Below are positions 34,321 through 51,106 of a stretch of DNA of 64,000 nt, piece by piece (within the stretch, counting starts at the first letter, position 1; each line of letters begins with the position of its first letter). Position numbers and translations under genes: made by a program. The notes under the pieces are model-generated. The model saw nothing but the letters and a program-made list of their open reading frames with translations. It had not been told where the DNA came from and ran no database searches. The DNA is from Terriglobia bacterium (GTDB taxonomy: Bacteria > Acidobacteriota > Terriglobia > Bryobacterales > Bryobacteraceae): positions 8,524-72,523 of the forward strand of contig CAVRBR010000004.1 of NCBI GenBank assembly GCA_963719335.1, read 5' to 3'.

Positions 34321-36914
34321 TCCTGCACAACGGCCTCGTGCACACGGCAGAATGGCTTAATGCGGCAGTACTCGCAAGCGCCTTTGATCGGGTCGACCGC
34401 CGCATAACCGTGCACAAACTCAGCAGCTAGACGCTGCACTTCCGCCTCGGATTGTGCGATGAACAGACTCCAATCCTTCTTCACCTCGGCCGCCGAGCCT
34501 GGAAACTGTCTCTCGCGAGAGAAACCCACCGCTCGCGGTTCGCGAGGTTTCAATTCTCCGAAGAACAGTCCGTCCACTTCGCCGCCCACCGCCGTTGCAT
34601 ATAGCAGTAGCTGCGGCTCGGCCGGCCGCGGGCATTTCAACTTGCCTCGCGTCTGCGCGCCGCTCTTGTAGTCGATCAGCACGAGCTTGCCATTGCGGAG
34701 CCGATCCAAGCGGTCCGCGCGCAGATGCAAACGCAAGCCTGGAAAATCATATAAACGCTTCTGCTCCAAAGTTTCAACCCTAAACGGCTGCTTTCGCTGT
34801 CGCTCCAAATCGAGCCATTCATGAATCACCCGTTCCAGCCGCTCGCATTCAGTCCGCGACATGAGCTCATGAAACGGACCCGCCTCGCGATTCCGCACTG
34901 CTTGCTCTACTGCATCGCGAACGAGAACGCAAAGCTCGTCTCGAGCCGTCGCGAGAAGCTGCTGATGCGTTTTCAGGCGAGCCCAGACGTTCTGCAGAGC
35001 GGTATGCACAAATCCTCCCCGCTCCCGGCTATCGAAACCAAGGCATCCATCTTCAGGCGCATTCGCCGCGAGTCGAAATTCGGCGAACGCGCGAAACGGG
35101 CACAAGGATTGCGCTTTGATGAGGCTTGCTCCTCCGCGCGTGCCTTCGTTCTGCTCGTACGGTGGCGCGCTCGTGTCTTCGATCTCGTCGAGAGCCACGG
35201 GCATAAAGGATTGTCGCGGCAATTTCCCTGGCCATTCCACAGAGGGAATGCGGTCACGCCTCACGAAGGGTTGAGCAAGAGGCGACAGACGCCCGGAATA
35301 GGTCGCGATCGTGTTGGGAGCTGCCGCAAACAGCGATGCAGTCATACGTTGACGCTCCTGTTGTGCGCCTTCAGGCGAACTCGCGGGCACGTCATACGCG
35401 CGTTGCAGTTTCAGCGGCACCAGTGGATAAGTCGCCAGCCGAGGCGGCCACGTCTCGTCAGAAAGTCCTGTCACGAACACAGAATCGAACTCTAGACCGG
35501 CGGCCTCGGAAGCATCCAGAATTTGAATCGGCGAGGACCAGTCTCCTCGCTCAATACCCGGCGACGAAAGCAATCCGCGCAGGTGAGCGAGCGCGATATC
35601 GTACGAAACCTCACTCGAAACCAAACCCAACGCCCCCAACTCGGAAACCGCCCTGCTCCACGCCTCGATGACCTTTCCCTCTTGCTCTGTCACTTCGGCC
35701 CTCCCGGGCCAATCGACAGCGCGAAGAATAGCAGCGAAGAACTCGCTCCATTTCGGGAGCTCGAGCTTGTGCGCGGCAGCGGGAATTATTCGATGCACGC
35801 TCGCCAAAACCGGCAAAAGCAGTGGACAATTCCGGCTGGCATATTCCACATCGCGCAGCGAGACATCAAGCTCCCGTTTTTTTCGCAGGTCGAGATCCGC
35901 AAGAGCACGCTCGCTGCGTTCCTCTGCCGCCCCGGCGAGGAACGGGCTGCGAAGAATCGCCCCGGCAACACCGATATCGATCCGCGGACGAGTAAGCTCG
36001 ACAAGCAGCAGGGCGCTTGCGATAAGCGGGTGCGTTCTCAGACTGGGCGCGTCGTTAATGCGAAAGACGGAATCCGGCTCCTCTTGCGTTGGCGTTCGAA
36101 GCAGCCGCAGCACCGCCGCCGGATAGAAGACCTGTTGAAATGTTCGTTCGACCAGTGACCGATGACTCGACAGGTCGGGGACCAGAATTGCAATCGACCT
36201 CGAAGGCTGCCGCTCAAACAGGGCCCGAGACCAGCGCGCCGCCTGCTCAACTTCTTGAGCGAGATCCTCGCACAGCTTTGCAGGCGTTCCACCGCTTGGA
36301 AGATCCAAACGTGCGTCGTCTCGAATAAAACGCTCTCCGAGTAGGTGTTTCACTCGTTCGAGTGCAGGAGTAAAGGTGTGGAAGCCCGCAAAGACCGTGA
36401 ATTCCGGGGTTGGCCCGCGGGCGGCAATCCAGTTCGGGAGCAAACGCCAGACATCGGATTTCGTCATCCAGCGTTCGTCGCGGCATCTCCGACGGAAAAG
36501 CTTGTGCCACTCTAGGAACTGCTGTCCGTCTTCATGGTCATTCCATAAATCGCCGTCAACCGGGATGTGCCACTCCGCAAGCAGCTTCGCCGCGCGCGCC
36601 GCAAGCCGCGCCGTACTAGCCACATCGAACAGATGACCATGTTGTTGTTCGATAATTTGCTGCCAGAGAACATGTTCCTGGGAACTGGAAAGCAGCGTAG
36701 GAACATCGGCGAGCGCGTACCGCGTCTCATTCCACGAAGCCGAAAGCCACGAGTTCACGCTATGGACTGGAGCGCGCCGCCAGCTTTGCAATCCGCGATC
36801 AAGCTGGGCCTTCGCGAGTTGCTGATTCACCACTGCCGCAACCAGACGCGACGGCGTGACGATAGTTGCCCCTTCCTCAGACCTTGAGAAGAGACCATTA
36901 CAAGCGAGACGCAT
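34305..36914 (-). CDS. addB: AddB-like PD-(D/E)XK nuclease subunit with Fe-S cluster cysteines
   Basis: 869 aa. The nuclease motif is ADRLDRL...LVLIDYKSG. The Cys pattern is SLCPFRAF ... CEYCRIKPFC (C-x2-C-x5-C), as in the AddB iron-staple nuclease. Overlaps the addA start by 16 bp. Confidence 0.8.
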   Translation of the reverse strand: MRLACNGLFSRSEEGATIVTPSRLVAAVVNQQLAKAQLDRGLQSWRRAPVHSVNSWLSASWNETRYALADVPTLLSSSQEHVLWQQIIEQQHGHLFDVASTARLAARAAKLLAEWHIPVDGDLWNDHEDGQQFLEWHKLFRRRCRDERWMTKSDVWRLLPNWIAARGPTPEFTVFAGFHTFTPALERVKHLLGERFIRDDARLDLPSGGTPAKLCEDLAQEVEQAARWSRALFERQPSRSIAILVPDLSSHRSLVERTFQQVFYPAAVLRLLRTPTQEEPDSVFRINDAPSLRTHPLIASALLLVELTRPRIDIGVAGAILRSPFLAGAAEERSERALADLDLRKKRELDVSLRDVEYASRNCPLLLPVLASVHRIIPAAAHKLELPKWSEFFAAILRAVDWPGRAEVTEQEGKVIEAWSRAVSELGALGLVSSEVSYDIALAHLRGLLSSPGIERGDWSSPIQILDASEAAGLEFDSVFVTGLSDETWPPRLATYPLVPLKLQRAYDVPASSPEGAQQERQRMTASLFAAAPNTIATYSGRLSPLAQPFVRRDRIPSVEWPGKLPRQSFMPVALDEIEDTSAPPYEQNEGTRGGASLIKAQSLCPFRAFAEFRLAANAPEDGCLGFDSRERGGFVHTALQNVWARLKTHQQLLATARDELCVLVRDAVEQAVRNREAGPFHELMSRTECERLERVIHEWLDLERQRKQPFRVETLEQKRLYDFPGLRLHLRADRLDRLRNGKLVLIDYKSGAQTRGKLKCPRPAEPQLLLYATAVGGEVDGLFFGELKPREPRAVGFSRERQFPGSAAEVKKDWSLFIAQSEAEVQRLAAEFVHGYAAVDPIKGACEYCRIKPFCRVHEAVVQECDPE

Positions 36915-36964
36915 GAAGAGGGTTACTACTATTATCCGTCCCGGCCCTCGTCAACTTCCCCGCC

Positions 36965-37336
36965 TTAGCTGATCGAAGAGAGGTCCAGTTCGTTCGACGC
37001 CGCTCGATCATGCTTTTCCTGATCCGCCAGGCAGTAAGCCGCCCAGGGAACTGCTTCCAAGCGCGCCGGTTCTATGGGACGCCCACAGTCGATGCACGTC
37101 CCGTACGTGCCGTCACCGATGCGTTGTAGAGCTGTGCGCACCTGGCTGAGCGTCTGAGCAGCTAGCGTGCTCTCCTGGAACGCGGCGGCTTTGCCCTCCG
37201 CTGACGTGACCTGGTCGATCGGGTCTTCAACCTCCGCCGAGCGAGATTCGCGCGCCTCGTTTTCCAATCGTGAAATCTCCTCTATTAGTTCCTGCTCTCT
37301 CGCGAGGAGACGTTGCTTAAAATGTTCGATGTTCAT
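36965..37336 (-). CDS. DksA/TraR-family zinc-finger protein
   Basis: 123 aa. A coiled-coil N-terminus carries an acidic tip (EVEDPIDQV). The C-terminus reads CIDCGRPIEPARLEAVPWAAYCLAD. Confidence 0.85.
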   Translation of the reverse strand: MNIEHFKQRLLAREQELIEEISRLENEARESRSAEVEDPIDQVTSAEGKAAAFQESTLAAQTLSQVRTALQRIGDGTYGTCIDCGRPIEPARLEAVPWAAYCLADQEKHDRAASNELDLSSIS

Positions 37337-37453
37337 CGGCTCACCTGACTTACCAGCGTACGATGCCTGCTGGGTGCTGCATATATGATGTAGCTGGTTG
37401 GGAGATCACGACAGGACTTTCGGCTCGATTGCGGAGGAAGCTCGAAGAAAATT

Positions 37454-37927
37454 ATGTTGCCCCAGGAAGATACGGTTGAGATGTTGAATGACTTGATTCA
37501 AACCTGCAAAGAGGGAGAGCAGGGATATCAGGCGGCGGCGGACGAGGTTCAAAACTCGGAACTCGAGACTATGTTTCGCGGCTACGCCAAACAGCGTGGA
37601 AATTTCGTGCGAGACTTGCAAGCCGAAGTGGAACGTCTAGGCGGAAAGCCGGTTGAATCCGCCGGTCTCGGAGCGGCTCTACATCGCGGCTGGATGAGTG
37701 TTAAATCGACTCTTTCGGGCGGTGACACCGGCGCGATCATTGCCGCTTGCGAAAGTGGCGAGGACAGCGCTCTCGCCGCTTACGACCGTGCCGCGCGCAC
37801 AGACGTCACGGGGAAGACTCGCACTTTGATCGACAAGCAGTTCCAGCAGGTTAAGGAAACTCACACCCGGCTACACCGTCTCAAAGACGAAATTAAGGAC
37901 GGCACCGGCTTTCCAAAAAACGAGTGA
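37454..37927 (+). CDS. PA2169-family four-helix-bundle protein (DUF2383, ferritin-like)
   Basis: 157 aa with LNDLIQTCKEGEQGYQAAADEV...LQAEVERLGG...ALHRGWMSVKS...CESGEDSALAAYD, a very typical DUF2383 signature. Confidence 0.85.
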   Translation: MLPQEDTVEMLNDLIQTCKEGEQGYQAAADEVQNSELETMFRGYAKQRGNFVRDLQAEVERLGGKPVESAGLGAALHRGWMSVKSTLSGGDTGAIIAACESGEDSALAAYDRAARTDVTGKTRTLIDKQFQQVKETHTRLHRLKDEIKDGTGFPKNE

Positions 37928-37934
37928 ACGTGAA

Positions 37935-38774
37935 TTGAGCCAGTTTCTACACAACTGCCTTCAGCGTGTCCGATACAGTGCTCAACTCCTGAATCTCGGA
38001 TCGGCTCTTCCTCGCCGGTATTTCCAATCCGCGCCCTCTCCGCAAAACGCGTTGGACCTCTTTAAGGGAGATTGGTGGTCGCGCTTGCCGGAGCCGTTTG
38101 CCGCACTCAAGGCGGGTGATCTCAGCATGTTTGAAGACGGCCGCATCGCTTGGGGTCTGTCGCAGCTTGGCGGCGTGAAGGACCAAAGCGTTCTCGAACT
38201 GGGGCCATTAGAGGGCGGCCACAGCTATATGTTCGAACGCGCCGGCGCGGCTTCCGTCCTCGCTATTGAAGCAAACCCGCGCGCCTACCTGAAGTGCCTG
38301 GTCGTGAAAGAAATTTTGAGCTTGACCCGCACACGGTTCCTGTGCGGAAACTTCCTCGAATATCTCCGCAATGATCCGCCTCATTGCGACGCGGCGTGCG
38401 CCAGCGGTGTCTTGTACCACATGCTCGAGCCCGTGGAACTGATAGCGCGGTTAAGTAAAGTCACTGACCGCTTATTCCTCTGGACCCATTATTATGACGC
38501 GCAGCTTCTTCAGCCCAAACAACTGAAAAGATTTACGGAACAGTACGAAAGAAAATACAGCGGCTTCTCTTCTCGCGTGTTTCGCTACAACTATTGGGGC
38601 AGCCTCGGGATGCGGCGGTTCTGCGGCGGTGCGCACGCTTATGCGCATTGGATGCGCAGAGACGATATCGTCGCGTGCCTGGAGCACTTCGGCTTCAACA
38701 GCATTCAAACCGCCTTTGAAACCTCGGACCACCCCGATGGCCCGGCATTCGCGCTCGTCGCCCTGCGCGCCTAA
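37935..38774 (+). CDS. Putative class I SAM-dependent methyltransferase
   Basis: 279 aa with a TTG start 8 bp after the preceding gene. It has a Rossmann-like motif (VLELGPLEGGHSYMFERAGAASVLAIEANP) and later GVLYHMLEP. The family assignment is tentative. Confidence 0.55.
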   Translation: MSQFLHNCLQRVRYSAQLLNLGSALPRRYFQSAPSPQNALDLFKGDWWSRLPEPFAALKAGDLSMFEDGRIAWGLSQLGGVKDQSVLELGPLEGGHSYMFERAGAASVLAIEANPRAYLKCLVVKEILSLTRTRFLCGNFLEYLRNDPPHCDAACASGVLYHMLEPVELIARLSKVTDRLFLWTHYYDAQLLQPKQLKRFTEQYERKYSGFSSRVFRYNYWGSLGMRRFCGGAHAYAHWMRRDDIVACLEHFGFNSIQTAFETSDHPDGPAFALVALRA

Positions 38775-38777
38775 ATC

Positions 38778-38805
38778 AAAAAAGGGCGACCTGCGAAGGC
38801 CGCCC
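38778..38805 (-). terminator. Rho-independent terminator downstream of rpoC
   Basis: The minus strand reads GGGCGGCC-ttcgca-GGTCGCCC-TTTTTT, 44 nt after the rpoC stop. It also sits just past the convergent methyltransferase gene. Confidence 0.8.
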
Positions 38806-38848
38806 TCAATGTACGTGTTCGAATTGTCAGCCGGCAGATTTCCCGAGG

Positions 38849-43087
<4,239 letters not shown>

Positions 43088-43168
43088 GAATTGTCCTTAA
43101 AATACCTTTCAACTCTTTTGCCGCGCACCGGGGACGGGCTTGCGCGCCCCTCCCCGTGCGCTTCTCTC

Positions 43169-47473
<4,305 letters not shown>

Positions 47474-47867
47474 CTACGCTTGTCCTTTAGGAAACCAGTC
47501 ACACAATGACATCGAGCAATCGCTGTACGAAGCCGAACCGCGCACTATGCGGCTACGGCCTTCAGCGGTGAACCAGGCGATTCACCGGCAAATGCTTGCG
47601 CCGCTCTTCGCCAATAAGCTGCGCGGGAAGAATAACTCTTGAGAAAGATCGTGAGTGACGATAACGATATAGCAAGTCTTGGGTACAGTTCAGCCGCTCT
47701 TGACGAAAACACACACAGAGCGAGTAGGAACGTAAATTTGGGCATGCGAAAGCTCCGCTGGCCTACAAAGGCCCGCGGAGAAGGCTTAAAAACTTGAGAC
47801 CGCAAATCTGATGCTGGACCGCCCCGGCTTGACGACAACCTTAGGATAGCACAATAAGGGATAGGCC

Positions 47868-47900
47868 GCGTCAAACGACACGCCTATCCCCTCGCGATTA
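47868..47900 (-). terminator. Hairpin in the rplL-rpoB spacer (candidate attenuator/partial terminator)
   Basis: The minus strand reads GGGATAGGC-(15 nt)-GCCTATCCC followed by TTATTGTGC, about 25 nt after the rplL stop. The rplL-rpoB spacer is a known attenuation point in other bacteria. Confidence 0.4.
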
Positions 47901-47922
47901 CTCGGGTCGCGGGCAGTTGAAA

Positions 47923-48309
47923 TTACTTAACTTCGACAGTCGCCCCGGCGTCGGTAAACTTCTTCCGAATCGCCTCCGCCTCGTCCTTATTGATGCCTTC
48001 CTTGATCGGCTTCGGCGCGCCATCCACCAAGTCCTTGGCTTCCTTCAGACCCAGGCTCGTTACTTCGCGAACGGCCTTGATGACATTGATCTTATTGGCG
48101 CCGATACCCGTCAGGATGACCGTGAACTCAGTCTTCTCTTCAGCCGGAGCAGCCGCCGCAGCGCCGCCGCCCGCCCCCGGAGCCGCCGCAGCGACCGTCG
48201 CCGCAGCCGCCGACACTCCGAGCTTTTCTTCCAGCAGCTTGACCAGCTGCGAAGCCTCCAGCAGCGTCAAGCCCTGAATCTGTTCTGCAATTGCGTTAAT
48301 GTCCGCCAT
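47923..48309 (-). CDS. rplL: 50S ribosomal protein L7/L12
   Basis: 128 aa with an Ala-rich hinge and the C-terminal domain [33 protein letters not shown]. Confidence 0.97.
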   Translation of the reverse strand: MADINAIAEQIQGLTLLEASQLVKLLEEKLGVSAAAATVAAAAPGAGGGAAAAAPAEEKTEFTVILTGIGANKINVIKAVREVTSLGLKEAKDLVDGAPKPIKEGINKDEAEAIRKKFTDAGATVEVK

Positions 48310-48325
48310 TTTCCCTGTTCACTCC

Positions 48326-48853
48326 CTACTCTTTAAACTTGTTCTCTTTTCCGGCCTGATCCAACACCACGGCCAGATTGCGTCCCACGCCGTTTATCGA
48401 ACTGACCAGCCGCGTCGCCGTGGCGTTGATCAGAAAAAGCATTTTCGCGTAGATTTCTTCTTTCGGCGGCATCGAGGCCAGATCGTTGATCGTTTTGACA
48501 TCGATCACCCGGCCTTCCACCATGCCGGCCTTGAAGGTGAAAGCCGCGTACTCCTTCGAATACTTCGTCAATGCCTTCGCTAGCGCCACCGGATCGTTCG
48601 CCGTGTAAGCCAGTGAAGTCATGCCTTTCAGATTGCCCAGCAGGTCGTTCGCCGGTGTGCCATCCGCCGCCTTCGCTGCCAGATTGTTCTTCACCACGCG
48701 GTACTGCCCGCCCGCCTCGCGGATCCTTTTCCGCAGCTGGTAATCCTGGCTGACAGTCAGCTTTTCGTAGCTCGTGACGAACAGGTTGCTGTTCTCCCCG
48801 ATCAGCTTCTTGAGATCTTCCAGATCTTTCTTCTTCTGGTCTTTGTCCTTCAT
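48326..48853 (-). CDS. rplJ: 50S ribosomal protein L10
   Basis: 175 aa (LFVTSYEKLTVSQDYQLRKRIREAGGQYRVVKNNL), positioned between rplA and rplL. Confidence 0.95.
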   Translation of the reverse strand: MKDKDQKKKDLEDLKKLIGENSNLFVTSYEKLTVSQDYQLRKRIREAGGQYRVVKNNLAAKAADGTPANDLLGNLKGMTSLAYTANDPVALAKALTKYSKEYAAFTFKAGMVEGRVIDVKTINDLASMPPKEEIYAKMLFLINATATRLVSSINGVGRNLAVVLDQAGKENKFKE

Positions 48854-48892
48854 ACAGGCTTTGCCTTTTTCCTAATCTCTGCCGTCCGGCGC

Positions 48893-49603
48893 TTAGGCTG
48901 TCGGTTTGAGGTTAAATGCCGCCACGTCGAGTTGCACGCCCGGTCCCATGGTCGAGCAGAGCGTCGCGCTCTTGACGTACTTGCCCTTCGAAGCCGACGG
49001 CTTGGCTTTGATCACGGCCTGAATCAAGCTGCTCGCGTTCTCAAGAAGTTTATCCGAGGCGAAACTGACTTTGCCCACCGGCGCGTGAATGACTCCCGTC
49101 TTATCCACGCGGAACTCCACCTTGCCGGCCTTGATCTCGTTGATCGCAGTGCGAACGTCCGTGGTAACCGTCCCGGTCTTTGGATTCGGCATCAACCCGC
49201 GCGGGCCAAGCACTTTTCCCAACCGCCCCACCGAGCGCATCATGTCCGGTGTCGCGATCACCGCATCGTAATCGATCCAGTTCTCGCCCTGAATCTTGTT
49301 GACCATATCGTCGCCGCCGACGAAATCCGCGCCCGCTTCCTGCGCCTCCCGGATCTTATCCCCCGAAGCGATCACCAGCACCCGCTTCGAGCGGCCCAGC
49401 CCGTTCGGCAACACCACCGTGCCACGCACCATCTGGTCGGCGTGTTTTGGATCGACACCCAGACGCAGATGTACTTCGACGGTCTCGTCGAACTTGGTAA
49501 ATTTGATTTTTTGAACGAGATTGACAGCCTCGGGAAGCTGATAAGGCTTGGCCTCTACCTGCTTCGCCGCGGCCTGATACTTCTTACCAGGCTTTTGACT
49601 CAT
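48893..49603 (-). CDS. rplA: 50S ribosomal protein L1
   Basis: 236 aa with [33 protein letters not shown] and [15 protein letters not shown]. Confidence 0.97.
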   Translation of the reverse strand: MSQKPGKKYQAAAKQVEAKPYQLPEAVNLVQKIKFTKFDETVEVHLRLGVDPKHADQMVRGTVVLPNGLGRSKRVLVIASGDKIREAQEAGADFVGGDDMVNKIQGENWIDYDAVIATPDMMRSVGRLGKVLGPRGLMPNPKTGTVTTDVRTAINEIKAGKVEFRVDKTGVIHAPVGKVSFASDKLLENASSLIQAVIKAKPSASKGKYVKSATLCSTMGPGVQLDVAAFNLKPTA

Positions 49604-49715
49604 ATTGTGACTGGTCCAAACGGCTCAAGCGAGCAGAACTCACCCTTGCCTCCCAAGTTGGCGTAAAACCTTTTGTAGGATACCACAAAGCCCGAAAACA
49701 CGCGGTTCCGACGAA

Positions 49716-49922
49716 TCAGTAGCGCCCTTCGACGAACGCATCTACCTCTTCATCCGTCATCGGACGCCACCAACTTGGATCGATTTCTCTCACCTTGCCG
49801 CGGAGGAAACCGAGAGGAGCGCGCGTGTCCCGCTGAATGGGTACAATTTCTGCGGTAGGCTGCCCGACCGCCTCAATAGGCTTCGAGAGCTTGCGGCTAG
49901 CCTCAGCAACACTCTTTTTCAT
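49716..49922 (-). CDS. Small hypothetical protein, type II antitoxin-like C-terminus (orphan)
   Basis: 68 aa, with a GGAG-like SD before the ATG. The tail LGFLRGKVREIDPSWWRPMTDEEVDAFVEGRY resembles the G.l.Gki.i..DF.aPl..ee...Fe motif of DUF2281/VapB-like antitoxins. No toxin ORF is adjacent. Confidence 0.4.
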   Translation of the reverse strand: MKKSVAEASRKLSKPIEAVGQPTAEIVPIQRDTRAPLGFLRGKVREIDPSWWRPMTDEEVDAFVEGRY

Positions 49923-50209
49923 ACTCCAATACTACGTAAAACGCTTCACCCGTTTCTAGTCGAGATGTCTCGCCATGCCCTTGTGGACCGCGCAAAAATT
50001 CCCCTCGACTCTGACGTAACGTAACAGTCAAAGATATTCATGGAAGGAAGCTCCGATTGAGCGCCACTGAGCAGAATGTATTTCGGCCGCATCAGTTCGC
50101 CGAACTGGCGGTCGGTGACGGTACACTTTTCGCGAAACGAAGGGGCATTCGTATCGCAGCCCCCGCACCAAATCGACACGCCTCGCCCGCCGGGCGGGAA
50201 AGGCGTTCG

Positions 50210-50932
50210 CTATCGCGAAGCTGAAAAGCTCCCGAAGTACGGCCCCGGACGTTCGAGTTGTGCTCGCCGTTTGGAGTGCAACCAAAGCTCTATGACCACG
50301 GCGTTGATCGAGAAACCGATCCAGAACGCGATCCCGAAGAACTGATCAGGCTCAAGATGGGTGCGGGCGCTCGTTGCAAAAAAGAAGCCCATCACGGGAC
50401 GAGTCGTTGCGATACCCAGCAGGATACCCACGGCGCGTGTCATCCAGCTCCGCTTTTGTGTGGCAGCGCCGCGCAAGCGAAACCAATAGGCGCGCCCCAG
50501 CGAGAACAGGAACCAGGTGTTAAAGATGAGAACCGCGGAGCGCTCCACCCAGCCGCCGACGGCATAAACGCTCATTGCGTACGCGGTCGCGCCGGTGATT
50601 GCGCCAAAGGGAAAGAAGAGCCGCTCAGGCCATCCTCCGCCGCTGCGGCGCAACAGGACCACTGCGGCGAGAAGCACAAAGATAGCCGCCGGAATGATGT
50701 GCATCACTGTCAGCAAGGCGTGGGACGAAAAGGTCGCGTCGATCGCGGCCATCTGCGGAGGCCTGCCGTGCGAGGGCCGGATCAGCTCGTTGAGCCTTCG
50801 CAGAACGACGCCGACGGCGATCACGACGCAAACCCAGAACCCCGACAACAGCCATAGAGGATGGCGGGACGTTAGAGACGATGGAGGCTGGTGCGTGTGC
50901 TCCATGTGCTTTCCTTTTCCAAAATGGTTCAT
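50210..50932 (-). CDS. Hypothetical integral membrane protein (possibly DUF2306-like)
   Basis: I trimmed the listed 292-aa ORF to the Met at 50932 or 50905 (MEHTHQ...). It has about 6 hydrophobic helices (LWLLSGFWVCVVIAVGVVL, LLTVMHIIPAAIFVLLAAVVLL, and others). The family call is tentative. Confidence 0.55.
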   Translation of the reverse strand: MNHFGKGKHMEHTHQPPSSLTSRHPLWLLSGFWVCVVIAVGVVLRRLNELIRPSHGRPPQMAAIDATFSSHALLTVMHIIPAAIFVLLAAVVLLRRSGGGWPERLFFPFGAITGATAYAMSVYAVGGWVERSAVLIFNTWFLFSLGRAYWFRLRGAATQKRSWMTRAVGILLGIATTRPVMGFFFATSARTHLEPDQFFGIAFWIGFSINAVVIELWLHSKRRAQLERPGPYFGSFSASR

Positions 50933-51106
50933 CCTCCGGGAGTTTGAGGTACAAGCGCGACCAACGCACAACGTTCCGGCACCCGTCCTCAGTGTGCGAT
51001 CGGGATCCTTCGCTTCAGATCTTACGCAAGCTTTAGCGACCAAGTAGCGCGTGCGATTCTCCGCACGCAAACGCAACACCTGGCACAAAGCAACGAGCCT
51101 GGCGCC

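Noticed and set aside
49946-50345. Short ORFs (49946..50179 and 50028..50285 on the minus strand, 50076..50345 on the plus strand) as a possible toxin partner for the antitoxin-like ORF.
   Set aside because: I recognised no PIN, RelE, HicA or MazF motifs. The ORFs overlap one another in a lower-GC stretch and lack SD sequences. I treat them as non-coding or decayed.
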